This document shows, piece after piece, positions 18,745 through 27,140 of a stretch of DNA of 64,000 nt (position 1 is its first letter; every line of letters starts with the position of its first letter). The DNA is from Thermodesulfobacteriota bacterium (lineage in GTDB: Bacteria > Desulfobacterota > Binatia > Bin18): NCBI GenBank assembly GCA_964291405.2, contig OZ219926.1, positions 4,128,001 to 4,192,000 on the forward strand, read 5' to 3'. The notes under the pieces are model-generated. The model had not been told where the DNA came from. It did no database searches and worked only from the letters and a program-made list of their open reading frames with translations. The translations under genes and the position numbers were made by a program.

Positions 18745-20424
18745 ATGACGACCGGAAAAACATGGAAACGTATGAGAAGGCACATCTGGGTATTGCTCGT
18801 GTTGGCGGGGCTCGTTGGCACGACCCATGATGTCAAGGCTGCGGAACACCAGGCGACGCCTTCCGCCCGAGAAACGTTGGTGATCCGCTGTATACGTTGC
18901 CACGCGCCGCAAGGAGAGAATGGCAAGCTTGACGCGATTGAAGCCCAGCGCAAGTCACCCGAAGGCTGGAGCATGACGCTCAGCCGTATGGTCCGAACGC
19001 ACGGGGTCGAATTGCAGGACGGAGATGCCCGCATTCTGGTCAAATATCTGAGCGATCACTACGGGCTGGCTCCCAAAGAAGTCGAGCCCTATCGCTTTAT
19101 TCTCGAACAGCGCAATACCCGCACCACGCAGGACGTGCCCAAGCCCCTCCAGGCTGGCTGTATCCAGTGCCATACCTACGCACGGATCGCCTTGCAGCGC
19201 CGGACGCAGGACTCGTGGGAGCGGCTGCCGGACGCCAAGGTCGCACTCATGGCGAATATCGGCAGTGAGACCGCCTCCGCCGGCCAGTTGAAGGATTATT
19301 GGTTTGATGATGCAAAGAAAGCTGCGGTGCCCCATCTGATCGAGCACCAGCCGTTTGAGACCGAAGCCTGGACGGCCTGGCAGGCGGCCAAAAAGCCGAG
19401 CTATGCCGGTACTTGGCTGGTGGTTGGCCATGACCCCGGCCGCGGCGGGGATTACACCGGGCAACTCACGCTGACCGCCGGGGAGGACGATCAATACACT
19501 GGCACATTTTCCTACACGTTTGCCGACGGCTCTCGGATGGAAGGCTCCACGACCGGGACGATATACACCGGCTTCCAGTGGCGCGGCGTTGCCCAAGCCA
19601 AGGAAAGTGGACCGGCCGGCCGGGAGATGCGACAGCGCGAGATTTTCTTTGCCTCCGAAGACGGGAACACCGTTTCCGGCCGGCGCTTGCTGACCAACCT
19701 CGGCGACCTGGGCATGAATGAAACCTGGTATCGCCGCCGGGGCGGGGCGCAGCTGCTGACGGTCAGTCCAGCCATGATCCAAACCGGCTCTCCCCAGACA
19801 GTAAATATTTTCGGGATGGGCTTCTCCGGGGACACGCTGTCGGCGGATAAAATTTCTTTTGGCGAGGGCGTGGGGGTGTTGTCCCTGCGGCTCGATGGCA
19901 ACCAGACGATTGTGGCGGAAGTCTTTGCCAAGGCTGGCGTGGCAGAAGGGCTGCGCACGGTCTCCATTCAAGGGGTGGCGGGAACGGGGCAGGTCGCGGT
20001 CTACGAGGCGGTCGATTACATCCGCATCACGCCGGAACGGGGCTTCGCCCGGCCCGGCGGCATTCGGACGCCAAAAATTTTTCAGCAGTACGAAGTGGTA
20101 GGCTATGCGAACGGCCCGGATAACGCCAAGGGCACGGACGACGATGTCAAGCTGGGACGGATCGGCCCGGTCAAGTGGAATCTGGAAGAGTACGTGAAAC
20201 GTCCGAACGACGACGATATTCAGTATGTCGGTGCGGTCGACCAAACCGGCCTGTTTCACCCCAACGAGGATGGGCCGAATCCCAAACGCCACCTGATGGA
20301 AGGTAATGTGGGCGATGTCTGGGTGGAAGCCTGGTATACGCCCGAGGGCGAAAAACGACCCATGGGCGCGCGCGCCCACTTATTAGTGATGCCGGCCAAG
20401 TTTGTCTTCCCACCGATTGAATAG
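18745..20424 (+). CDS. qhpA: QHNDH alpha subunit (diheme c), copy 1
   Basis: CIRCH and CIQCH, RK.PEGW.MT..RM...HG, ARIALQRRT, NGPD...GT.DD, GPNP.R, C-terminal PPIE. Confidence 0.95.
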   Translation: MTTGKTWKRMRRHIWVLLVLAGLVGTTHDVKAAEHQATPSARETLVIRCIRCHAPQGENGKLDAIEAQRKSPEGWSMTLSRMVRTHGVELQDGDARILVKYLSDHYGLAPKEVEPYRFILEQRNTRTTQDVPKPLQAGCIQCHTYARIALQRRTQDSWERLPDAKVALMANIGSETASAGQLKDYWFDDAKKAAVPHLIEHQPFETEAWTAWQAAKKPSYAGTWLVVGHDPGRGGDYTGQLTLTAGEDDQYTGTFSYTFADGSRMEGSTTGTIYTGFQWRGVAQAKESGPAGREMRQREIFFASEDGNTVSGRRLLTNLGDLGMNETWYRRRGGAQLLTVSPAMIQTGSPQTVNIFGMGFSGDTLSADKISFGEGVGVLSLRLDGNQTIVAEVFAKAGVAEGLRTVSIQGVAGTGQVAVYEAVDYIRITPERGFARPGGIRTPKIFQQYEVVGYANGPDNAKGTDDDVKLGRIGPVKWNLEEYVKRPNDDDIQYVGAVDQTGLFHPNEDGPNPKRHLMEGNVGDVWVEAWYTPEGEKRPMGARAHLLVMPAKFVFPPIE

Positions 20425-20462
20425 CATGGTAGGGGTATAGGGACGGACTCTGGGAGGGCATA

Positions 20463-21926
20463 ATGGAATTACACTTCCGTGCGGAAAACGCCCACGCTAT
20501 AACGGAGGGCAACCAGAACATTCTGGTTGCGGCCAAAAGCATGTCCATGTTTGTCATGGACCCGGTCTCCCAGGCCGTCCTCGATTATGTGCAGGCGCAT
20601 CCGCACGCGATCCAGGAAGAGCTGACCGCCAGTCTGGCCGAGCACTTCCCGCTGGCCGAAATAACCGAGACGATCCAGGAATTTATCACCTTAGAAATCC
20701 TGCAAACCCAGGAGCGTTCCGCTACTCCCGCTCCCCTGCCGGTGCTCGACGTCGAGCATTTCCCGGTGAGTTCGCTCGTTGTCAACGTGGCCAATAAGTG
20801 TAACCTCCACTGCACCTACTGCTACGAACCCGAGGGGGCGAAATACGGCCCGTCGCCGGTCCAGATGGACTGGGAGACCGCGCGCGACAGCGTCGATTTT
20901 CTGTTCAAGAAGTCCGGCGCCAGCAAAGAGGTCAATTTGATTTTCTTTGGCGGAGAGGCGCTGCTGAACTTCAAGCTCATGCGTCGGACCGTCGCCTATG
21001 CGGAAGAAAAGGCCCAGGCCGAAGACAAGGTCGTCGACTTTTCGCTCACGACCAACGGAACGCTCTTAACCGACGAGGTAATCGACTTTTTCCAGGCCCA
21101 TCGCTTTGGCGTGACCATCAGCATTGATGGTCCCAAAGACCTGCACGACAAGCGGCGCGTTTTTCTTACAAAGCGGGGCGAACAGAAAGGCTCGTACGAT
21201 CTCTTACGGCCCCGCCTGGAACGCCTGCTGGAACGCTATACGGTCAGGCCGGTGGTCGCCCGGGTCACGGTCACAAAAGACGCCATCGATATCGTGCGCA
21301 CCTACGAGCATCTCACGCAGCTCGGTTTTTTTGAGGTTGGCTTTTCGCCGGTCACCGCCCAGGCCGAGACCGACTATGGCTTGGAGCCGGCCGATTTGCG
21401 TGAATTGCTGCGGCAGTTTCGCGAGCTTGGCGCGGTGTATATCGAGCGGGCGCTCAACCAGCAGTACACCGGGTTTTCAAATTTGAGCACCATGCTGACC
21501 GACATTCACCTGGGCACAAACAAGCTCTTTCCGTGCGGGGCCGGCCTGGGCCTGTTGGACGTGGACGGCAACGGTGATGTGTATTTATGTCATCGGTTTC
21601 CGGGCACCGAGGAACAAAAATACGGCAATGTCAAAGACGGCATTCAGTACGACCGGCTGAACGCCTTTATCAACGGTGCCCATCTGGGCAATAAGCCGGT
21701 ATGTCAGACCTGTTGGATTCGGGGCCTGTGCGGCGGCGGGTGCTACCACGAAGCCATGACCGAGTTTGGGGACACGGCACTGCCGAATCTGCACTACTGC
21801 GATTTCTTGCGGGAATGGACGGAATACGGCATTGGCGTGTATATGCAGTTGCAAGAACAAACCCCTGGGTTTGTCGAGCAGTATGTGTTACGCGGGCGTG
21901 GAGACGCCCCAAAAGAATTAACCTAA
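20463..21926 (+). CDS. qhpD: Radical SAM/SPASM thioether-forming maturase
   Basis: N-terminal RRE-like region, CNLHCTYC, PCGAG...LCHRF, C..C.....CGGGCYHEA; between qhpA and qhpC. Confidence 0.95.
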   Translation: MELHFRAENAHAITEGNQNILVAAKSMSMFVMDPVSQAVLDYVQAHPHAIQEELTASLAEHFPLAEITETIQEFITLEILQTQERSATPAPLPVLDVEHFPVSSLVVNVANKCNLHCTYCYEPEGAKYGPSPVQMDWETARDSVDFLFKKSGASKEVNLIFFGGEALLNFKLMRRTVAYAEEKAQAEDKVVDFSLTTNGTLLTDEVIDFFQAHRFGVTISIDGPKDLHDKRRVFLTKRGEQKGSYDLLRPRLERLLERYTVRPVVARVTVTKDAIDIVRTYEHLTQLGFFEVGFSPVTAQAETDYGLEPADLRELLRQFRELGAVYIERALNQQYTGFSNLSTMLTDIHLGTNKLFPCGAGLGLLDVDGNGDVYLCHRFPGTEEQKYGNVKDGIQYDRLNAFINGAHLGNKPVCQTCWIRGLCGGGCYHEAMTEFGDTALPNLHYCDFLREWTEYGIGVYMQLQEQTPGFVEQYVLRGRGDAPKELT

Positions 21927-21939
21927 GGGAGAGTGTGGG

Positions 21940-22281
21940 ATGAAACACCTCAAGGCAGCGAACTCCAAGGCCCGGGCCGTCACCGCCAGTGTGGCACAAG
22001 CGACTTCCACCGAGGAAGACGTTATCGGGATGGCCCAACCCATCGGTTGTACGACGATCTTCAATCCGGGCTGGGAGGCGAATCCGTGGGGTGGAGCCAG
22101 CAGCATGTGCGCCCCCATGGAGGCCGACCTGCTGAGCTGTGCGAATCTGTGCTGGTGGCCGGCTCAGGTGCCGGACAGCCTCCAGAGTGCTCCCGAGTGG
22201 GCGAAAGGCTGCTCGGGCATGAATCAGGAAGACTGGCGCAACCTCGACGTTGTTTTCCCCAAGACCGATACGTCCGGATAA
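21940..22281 (+). CDS. qhpC: QHNDH gamma subunit precursor, copy 1
   Basis: MKHLK..N.KA leader; core GCTT.F.PGWE...C.PMEADL..C...CWWPAQVPD. Confidence 0.95.
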   Translation: MKHLKAANSKARAVTASVAQATSTEEDVIGMAQPIGCTTIFNPGWEANPWGGASSMCAPMEADLLSCANLCWWPAQVPDSLQSAPEWAKGCSGMNQEDWRNLDVVFPKTDTSG

Positions 22282-22306
22282 ACGCAGCGGGCGGAAGGAG
22301 CCGGTG

Positions 22307-23398
22307 GTGCACGGGAAAAACAGGCCGCTGCTGGGGGGTGTGCTCTTTGTGTTCGGACTGCTGGTCCTGCCGCAGACGACCTGGGCCAAGTGGTACCTCC
22401 TGGCCAGCACGCATCCCAACAACCTGGTCGTCGTCGATACCGAAACCGACACGGTGGTCAAAGACATTGCCCTTGAGGGTCGTGGGCCGGCGCTCTATAT
22501 CGCGCCAAACCCGGCCCAGCCGCAGTTCGCCTATGTCGTAAATAATCTGGCCAAAAGCGTTGCCATGGTCGATCTGGACGAGGGCAAGCAGGTCAAAAGC
22601 TTTGACTTGTCGAGCGACAACGAGCTCGTACGCACCATGGCGATCGATGTGAACATGCAGGGCACCCGGCTGTTCGTGCACGAAATGCCGGTTCAGCAAG
22701 ACATGGGCCGCTATACGGCCCGGGACAACCGGATACGGGTCATTGACCTGGAGACCAATGAGACGCTGACCACGTTTACCGCTCCCCGCCAGGTGATGGG
22801 ATTAGCCTCTTCAAAAGACGGCAAACGCCTCTATCTGTTCAGCGTCGGTCAGGACATTTTTGTGCACAGCACGGAAGACGGCAGCCTACTCGATGTCATT
22901 CCGCTGGCAAACCGCAACATCAGCGGCATTGCGAGAACCGACGGCCTGCCGCTCGGCGGGACCTATCAGGAAAGCGGCCACCTCGTCTCTTTCGGGACCT
23001 TCACCACCGATTCCATCACCAATCAGGTGACGCTCGGTATCGGCTCTCTCGACCTGACTCAGGAAGACCCGGAACTGAAGGTCGTTGAATTGCAGCCTTT
23101 TGTCGAAGGCGATTATGTGCTCACGGGTGCGCTGTCGCCGCATACGAACAAGGCCTATTTCGCATACAACAGTTTGTGGAAGGTTGACCCGAAAACCCGT
23201 CACATTGAGAAAAAGGTGTCGCTGTCCAACACCTATTTTGCGCCGCTCGTTCACCCCGAAGGCAAGAAGGTCTACTGCGGCAGCAACTGGCACGATGTCG
23301 CGGTCTACGACGCGGAATCACTCGACCTGATCACCAAAGTCCCCCTGGGCCATTCGCAGACCGGAGGGGTCAGTGTCTTGCGGTTTGTGAATCGTTAG
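22307..23398 (+). CDS. qhpB: QHNDH beta subunit (beta-propeller), copy 1
   Basis: Signal peptide, HPNNL.VVD, PRQV propeller repeats, follows qhpC; GTG start after AGGAG. Confidence 0.88.
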   Translation: MHGKNRPLLGGVLFVFGLLVLPQTTWAKWYLLASTHPNNLVVVDTETDTVVKDIALEGRGPALYIAPNPAQPQFAYVVNNLAKSVAMVDLDEGKQVKSFDLSSDNELVRTMAIDVNMQGTRLFVHEMPVQQDMGRYTARDNRIRVIDLETNETLTTFTAPRQVMGLASSKDGKRLYLFSVGQDIFVHSTEDGSLLDVIPLANRNISGIARTDGLPLGGTYQESGHLVSFGTFTTDSITNQVTLGIGSLDLTQEDPELKVVELQPFVEGDYVLTGALSPHTNKAYFAYNSLWKVDPKTRHIEKKVSLSNTYFAPLVHPEGKKVYCGSNWHDVAVYDAESLDLITKVPLGHSQTGGVSVLRFVNR

Positions 23399-23406
23399 CG
23401 CCCGGT

Positions 23407-24039
23407 ATGTCTCGGACGATACTTACCCGCCGAAATGTTCTCCAGGGGATCGGCACCGCCGCCCTTCTCGGCCAGGCGTACAGTCTGGCGCATGCCGTTG
23501 AAAAAGGCGACGCCGCCAGCTTCGCCTCGGTTGTGAAACGCCGGCGCATGATCCGTAAGTACGAGGACAGGCCGGTCCCTGAAGAAGAGATCCGAGCGCT
23601 GCTGCGCTACGCCGTGCGTGCGCCCAGCGCGGGGAATCTACAGCCGTGGGAGTTTATTCTGGTGCGTGACACCGAGGTCCGAGACCAACTCGCCAAGGCG
23701 GCGATGAATCAGAACTCGGTTGCCACCGCGCCGATTATTGTTGCCACCTGTGCCGATATCCAACGCATGGGTGAGAAATACGGCACGCGCGGCGCTTTTT
23801 ATAGTTTAGTGGATACCGCGTTTGCCTCATTACTCATTTTGTTAGGCGCAACCGAGCGCGGGCTCGGGGCCTGCTTTGTTGGCGCGTACAATCCGGAAGA
23901 AGTCGCCAAGATATTGCAACTGCCCAGCCACGTCCGTCCGGTCGGACTCATCACCCTCGGTTATCCTGCGGAAAAGCCACGCAAACCGACGAACAAGAAA
24001 ATCCCGCTCGAGAACCTGATCCACGAGAATACGTGGTAG
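23407..24039 (+). CDS. Nitroreductase family flavoprotein with Tat signal
   Basis: TRRNVL..AHA signal; RR.IRKY, APSAGNLQPWEF, GLGACFVG, LGYPAE. Confidence 0.9.
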   Translation: MSRTILTRRNVLQGIGTAALLGQAYSLAHAVEKGDAASFASVVKRRRMIRKYEDRPVPEEEIRALLRYAVRAPSAGNLQPWEFILVRDTEVRDQLAKAAMNQNSVATAPIIVATCADIQRMGEKYGTRGAFYSLVDTAFASLLILLGATERGLGACFVGAYNPEEVAKILQLPSHVRPVGLITLGYPAEKPRKPTNKKIPLENLIHENTW

Positions 24040-24175
24040 GCGCGGGAATCGTATCCCTCTTATTTTTTGTTACACAGGAGGCTTGTCTGTTGACAGTGCT
24101 TTTTGTAGTGGACTATAGGCGGTAGTAGGTGTTGAGCACAGGTGAGGACGAGCGAAGAGTGATTGCAGGGCTGTA

Positions 24176-25840
24176 ATGGAGGGCATGATCATGAACGCTA
24201 TATGGGGGAGACGTGGTCGACTAAGCGGATACCTCTTGAGCCTCTTCTTGGGCTTCACGCTCTGTTTTGCAGGACAACCCGCGTGGAGCCAGGAGATGAC
24301 CGGGCCGGCTTTGCTGGAGACGCGTTGCTCGGGTTGTCATCCTCCTCATGAAGAAGGGGGCAAGCTTGACGCGATCGAACATCAGCGCAAGCCCCCCGAA
24401 GCCTGGGAGATGACTATCTATCGCATGTTGCGCACCCACGGAGCGAATCTGGAAGCGGGTGAGGCTCGCATCCTGATCAAATACCTGAGCGATCAGTATG
24501 GCCTGGCACCGGCGGAAGTCAAACCCTTTCGGTATGCCTTAGAGAAACGGAACAATACGATAGAAAAACATGTTCCCAAGGAAGTGAAGGGCACCTGTGT
24601 GGCCTGTCACTCCTATGCGCGGATCGCCCTGCAGCGCCGTACGCCCGAATCGTGGGGGCGTCTGCCGGACCTGACCGCGGCCTTGCTGCCGAATATCGAA
24701 AACCAGGTCGCCTCAACGGGGCTGCTGGGCGACTTCTGGTACACGCTGGTGCGGAAGGATACCGTCCCCTATCTGGCGCAGACCTATCCGTTTGACTCAG
24801 CCTCTTGGAGGCAGTGGCAGGCCAAGCCCAAACCGGACTACGCCGGGGTCTGGAATGTGGTCGGTCACGACCCTGGAAAGGGCGGGGCCTACACCGGCCG
24901 GATGACGCTGACCGCGTCGGGGAACGATAACTACGAGGGCCAGCTCGCGTATGACTTTGCCGATGGGTCGCGTATGACCGGGAAAAACACTGTGACGATG
25001 TATACCGGCTTCCAGTGGCGGGGTGTGGCCGAGGTCGAGGGCGGCAAGACCCACAAAGAAATCTTTTTTGCCAATGAGGACGGAACGGTCGTAAGCGGGA
25101 GGCGGTTGCTGACGCTTGTTGGCGATCTGGGCATGGAAGAGACCTTATACCGGAATACGGGCCAGGCAAAATTTTTGGCCGTCAGCCCGGCCGCGCTCAA
25201 AGTCGGCGAGCGCTCCACGCTCAGGCTGTTTGGCATGAACCTCCCCGAGTCCCTGACCGCGGCTTCGATCTCTCTGGGAACGGGTGTGACGGTTCAGTCT
25301 CTGCGGAGGGTTGATGCTGATACGGTCATGGCCGACGTGGTAGTGGGGAAAAAGGCAAAAGTAGGCGCTCGACAGGCTCGGATTCGGGGAGTTGATGGGG
25401 AACAGTCGCTGGCCGTCTACGATACGGTTGACTATATCCGTCTCTCTCCGGAACAGGCGTTTTCTCGGCCTGGTGGCATTCGCACCCCCAAAATTTTTCA
25501 GCAGTTTGAGGCGGTCGGATATACAAATGGTCCGGACGGACGAAAGGGAACTGACGACGATATGAAGCTGGGACGTGTCGGTCCGGTGACGTGGAAGCTG
25601 AACGAGTACGTGCGGCGCGTCAATGATGACGATGTGCGCTTTGTCGGTGCCATGGATGCCCACGGTCTTTTTACGCCGGCCGAGGACGGTCCAAATCCAA
25701 AACGGCACTTGCAGCAGGGCAATGTCGGCGATGTCTGGGTGGAGGCCTGGTATCGGCCAAATGGCGCCCGTCGGCCTATGGGAGCGCGCGCCCACCTGCT
25801 GGTCATGCCGGCAAAGTATAATTTTCAACCGATTGAATAG
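24176..25840 (+). CDS. qhpA: QHNDH alpha subunit (diheme c), copy 2 (start may be 24185/24191)
   Basis: CSGCH and CVACH; colinear paralog of copy 1. Confidence 0.95.
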   Translation: MEGMIMNAIWGRRGRLSGYLLSLFLGFTLCFAGQPAWSQEMTGPALLETRCSGCHPPHEEGGKLDAIEHQRKPPEAWEMTIYRMLRTHGANLEAGEARILIKYLSDQYGLAPAEVKPFRYALEKRNNTIEKHVPKEVKGTCVACHSYARIALQRRTPESWGRLPDLTAALLPNIENQVASTGLLGDFWYTLVRKDTVPYLAQTYPFDSASWRQWQAKPKPDYAGVWNVVGHDPGKGGAYTGRMTLTASGNDNYEGQLAYDFADGSRMTGKNTVTMYTGFQWRGVAEVEGGKTHKEIFFANEDGTVVSGRRLLTLVGDLGMEETLYRNTGQAKFLAVSPAALKVGERSTLRLFGMNLPESLTAASISLGTGVTVQSLRRVDADTVMADVVVGKKAKVGARQARIRGVDGEQSLAVYDTVDYIRLSPEQAFSRPGGIRTPKIFQQFEAVGYTNGPDGRKGTDDDMKLGRVGPVTWKLNEYVRRVNDDDVRFVGAMDAHGLFTPAEDGPNPKRHLQQGNVGDVWVEAWYRPNGARRPMGARAHLLVMPAKYNFQPIE

Positions 25841-25930
25841 GGATTGAACAAACCCTGGCGTTAGAGCGAGCAGTATGCTACGAGGCTGGGAGGAGACGCG
25901 AGAGTTTCCGGTCAGCGCAAGGAGGGCGTG

Positions 25931-26263
25931 ATGAAACACCTCAAGGCCGCGAACCATAAAGCGCATAGAGTCGAGACCGCCCCCGCGGCCAAACGGCAGG
26001 TGCCGGAAGACGTTCTGGGCATGGCCCAGCCGATGGGCTGCACCACGATTTTTAACCCCGGCTGGGAGGCGAACCCCTGGGGCGGCACCGCGGGCATGTG
26101 CGCGCCAATGGAGGCTGACCTGCTCGGCTGTGCCAATGTGTGTTGGTGGCCGGCTCAGGTGCCCGACAGCCTGCAAAACTACCCGGAGTGGGCCAGTGCC
26201 TGTTCGGGTGTCAACGCCGAGGACTGGCGTAGCTTGGAGCTGGTCTTCCCCGAGAAGAAATAG
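25931..26263 (+). CDS. qhpC: QHNDH gamma subunit precursor, copy 2
   Basis: MKHLKAANHKA leader; GCTTIFNPGWE...CAPMEADLLGCANVCWWPAQVPD. Confidence 0.95.
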   Translation: MKHLKAANHKAHRVETAPAAKRQVPEDVLGMAQPMGCTTIFNPGWEANPWGGTAGMCAPMEADLLGCANVCWWPAQVPDSLQNYPEWASACSGVNAEDWRSLELVFPEKK

Positions 26264-26315
26264 CCGCAGAGTACCGTCTCAAAATCCGTGCGGTGAATAA
26301 CGAGGGGTTTCCAGT

Positions 26316-27140
26316 ATGAACCCTGGGCAAAGACAGCGTCTGTGGAGCCGAGGCGTTTTCTTTGCGGGACTGTTCCTGCTCCTGCACGGGTTCCCTCCGC
26401 TCGTTGAGGCGGACTGGTATATCGCCTCGACAACCATCCCACCGAACTCCTCCGCTTCTGCTTGGCGTCCTCCTCAGGTTGTGACGCGTGTTGCCCGGAA
26501 CCGACTGACCTACGAGACCCGAGCCTGGACGCAAATTATCGACCTCAACACGCAGCAGCTCTCGATTATCAGCCATCTGGGACAGGTGTACTGGCAGGGA
26601 CCAATCGAGGCCTACGCCACGGTTATGGCAGCGCGCACCCAGGAACGGCGGGCGCAGGCGGAACGCTTGATGAACCAGCTCCCTCATGGGCCACAACAAT
26701 TCGTGACAAGACGAGCCGGTCCGTTTGATAGCCTGAGCCCCAGGCTGACGATTACGATCACCCCGATGTCGGAGACCGAGTCGGTCGCCGGGTATACGGC
26801 TCACAAATATCGTATCCAGCGGAACGGCATCGCGTATGAAGAAACCTGGTTGGCTGAGAAGATCAAGCTGGGGACGGATGTTGATATGTCCCGGCTGAAC
26901 GCGTTTATCGACAAGCTGCAAACTTCTCGAACGACGCCGCCAGGAGCTGTGCTCGCCGAATTAACCGAGCTGATCAATATAGGCTACCCAGTCAGGACCG
27001 TGAACCTGGTCACCCAGGTGGTCAAGGAAGTGGTCCAGGCCGAGCAGCGGCCGATTCGGGCTGAGGTATTTATGGTGCCGGATGGCTATACCAAAAAGGC
27101 GCTGGTCGAGATCATGTTTCCAACAAGGAGGCGTTTATGA
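26316..27140 (+). CDS. Exported DUF4412-like protein
   Basis: Signal peptide; IIDL....L.I..H, ETE.VAGY...KY, E.W.A, GYP, F.VP.GY.K pattern. Confidence 0.65.
   Translation: MNPGQRQRLWSRGVFFAGLFLLLHGFPPLVEADWYIASTTIPPNSSASAWRPPQVVTRVARNRLTYETRAWTQIIDLNTQQLSIISHLGQVYWQGPIEAYATVMAARTQERRAQAERLMNQLPHGPQQFVTRRAGPFDSLSPRLTITITPMSETESVAGYTAHKYRIQRNGIAYEETWLAEKIKLGTDVDMSRLNAFIDKLQTSRTTPPGAVLAELTELINIGYPVRTVNLVTQVVKEVVQAEQRPIRAEVFMVPDGYTKKALVEIMFPTRRRL

Noticed and set aside
18955-20379. 474-aa minus-strand ORF (likewise 27200-28294 minus and 50295-51350 plus)
   Set aside because: Antisense shadows of well-supported genes in high-GC DNA, with no recognisable motifs
24090-24119. Sigma70 promoter for qhpA2 (perfect TTGACA)
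   Set aside because: No convincing -10 at 16-18 nt spacing; left uncalled
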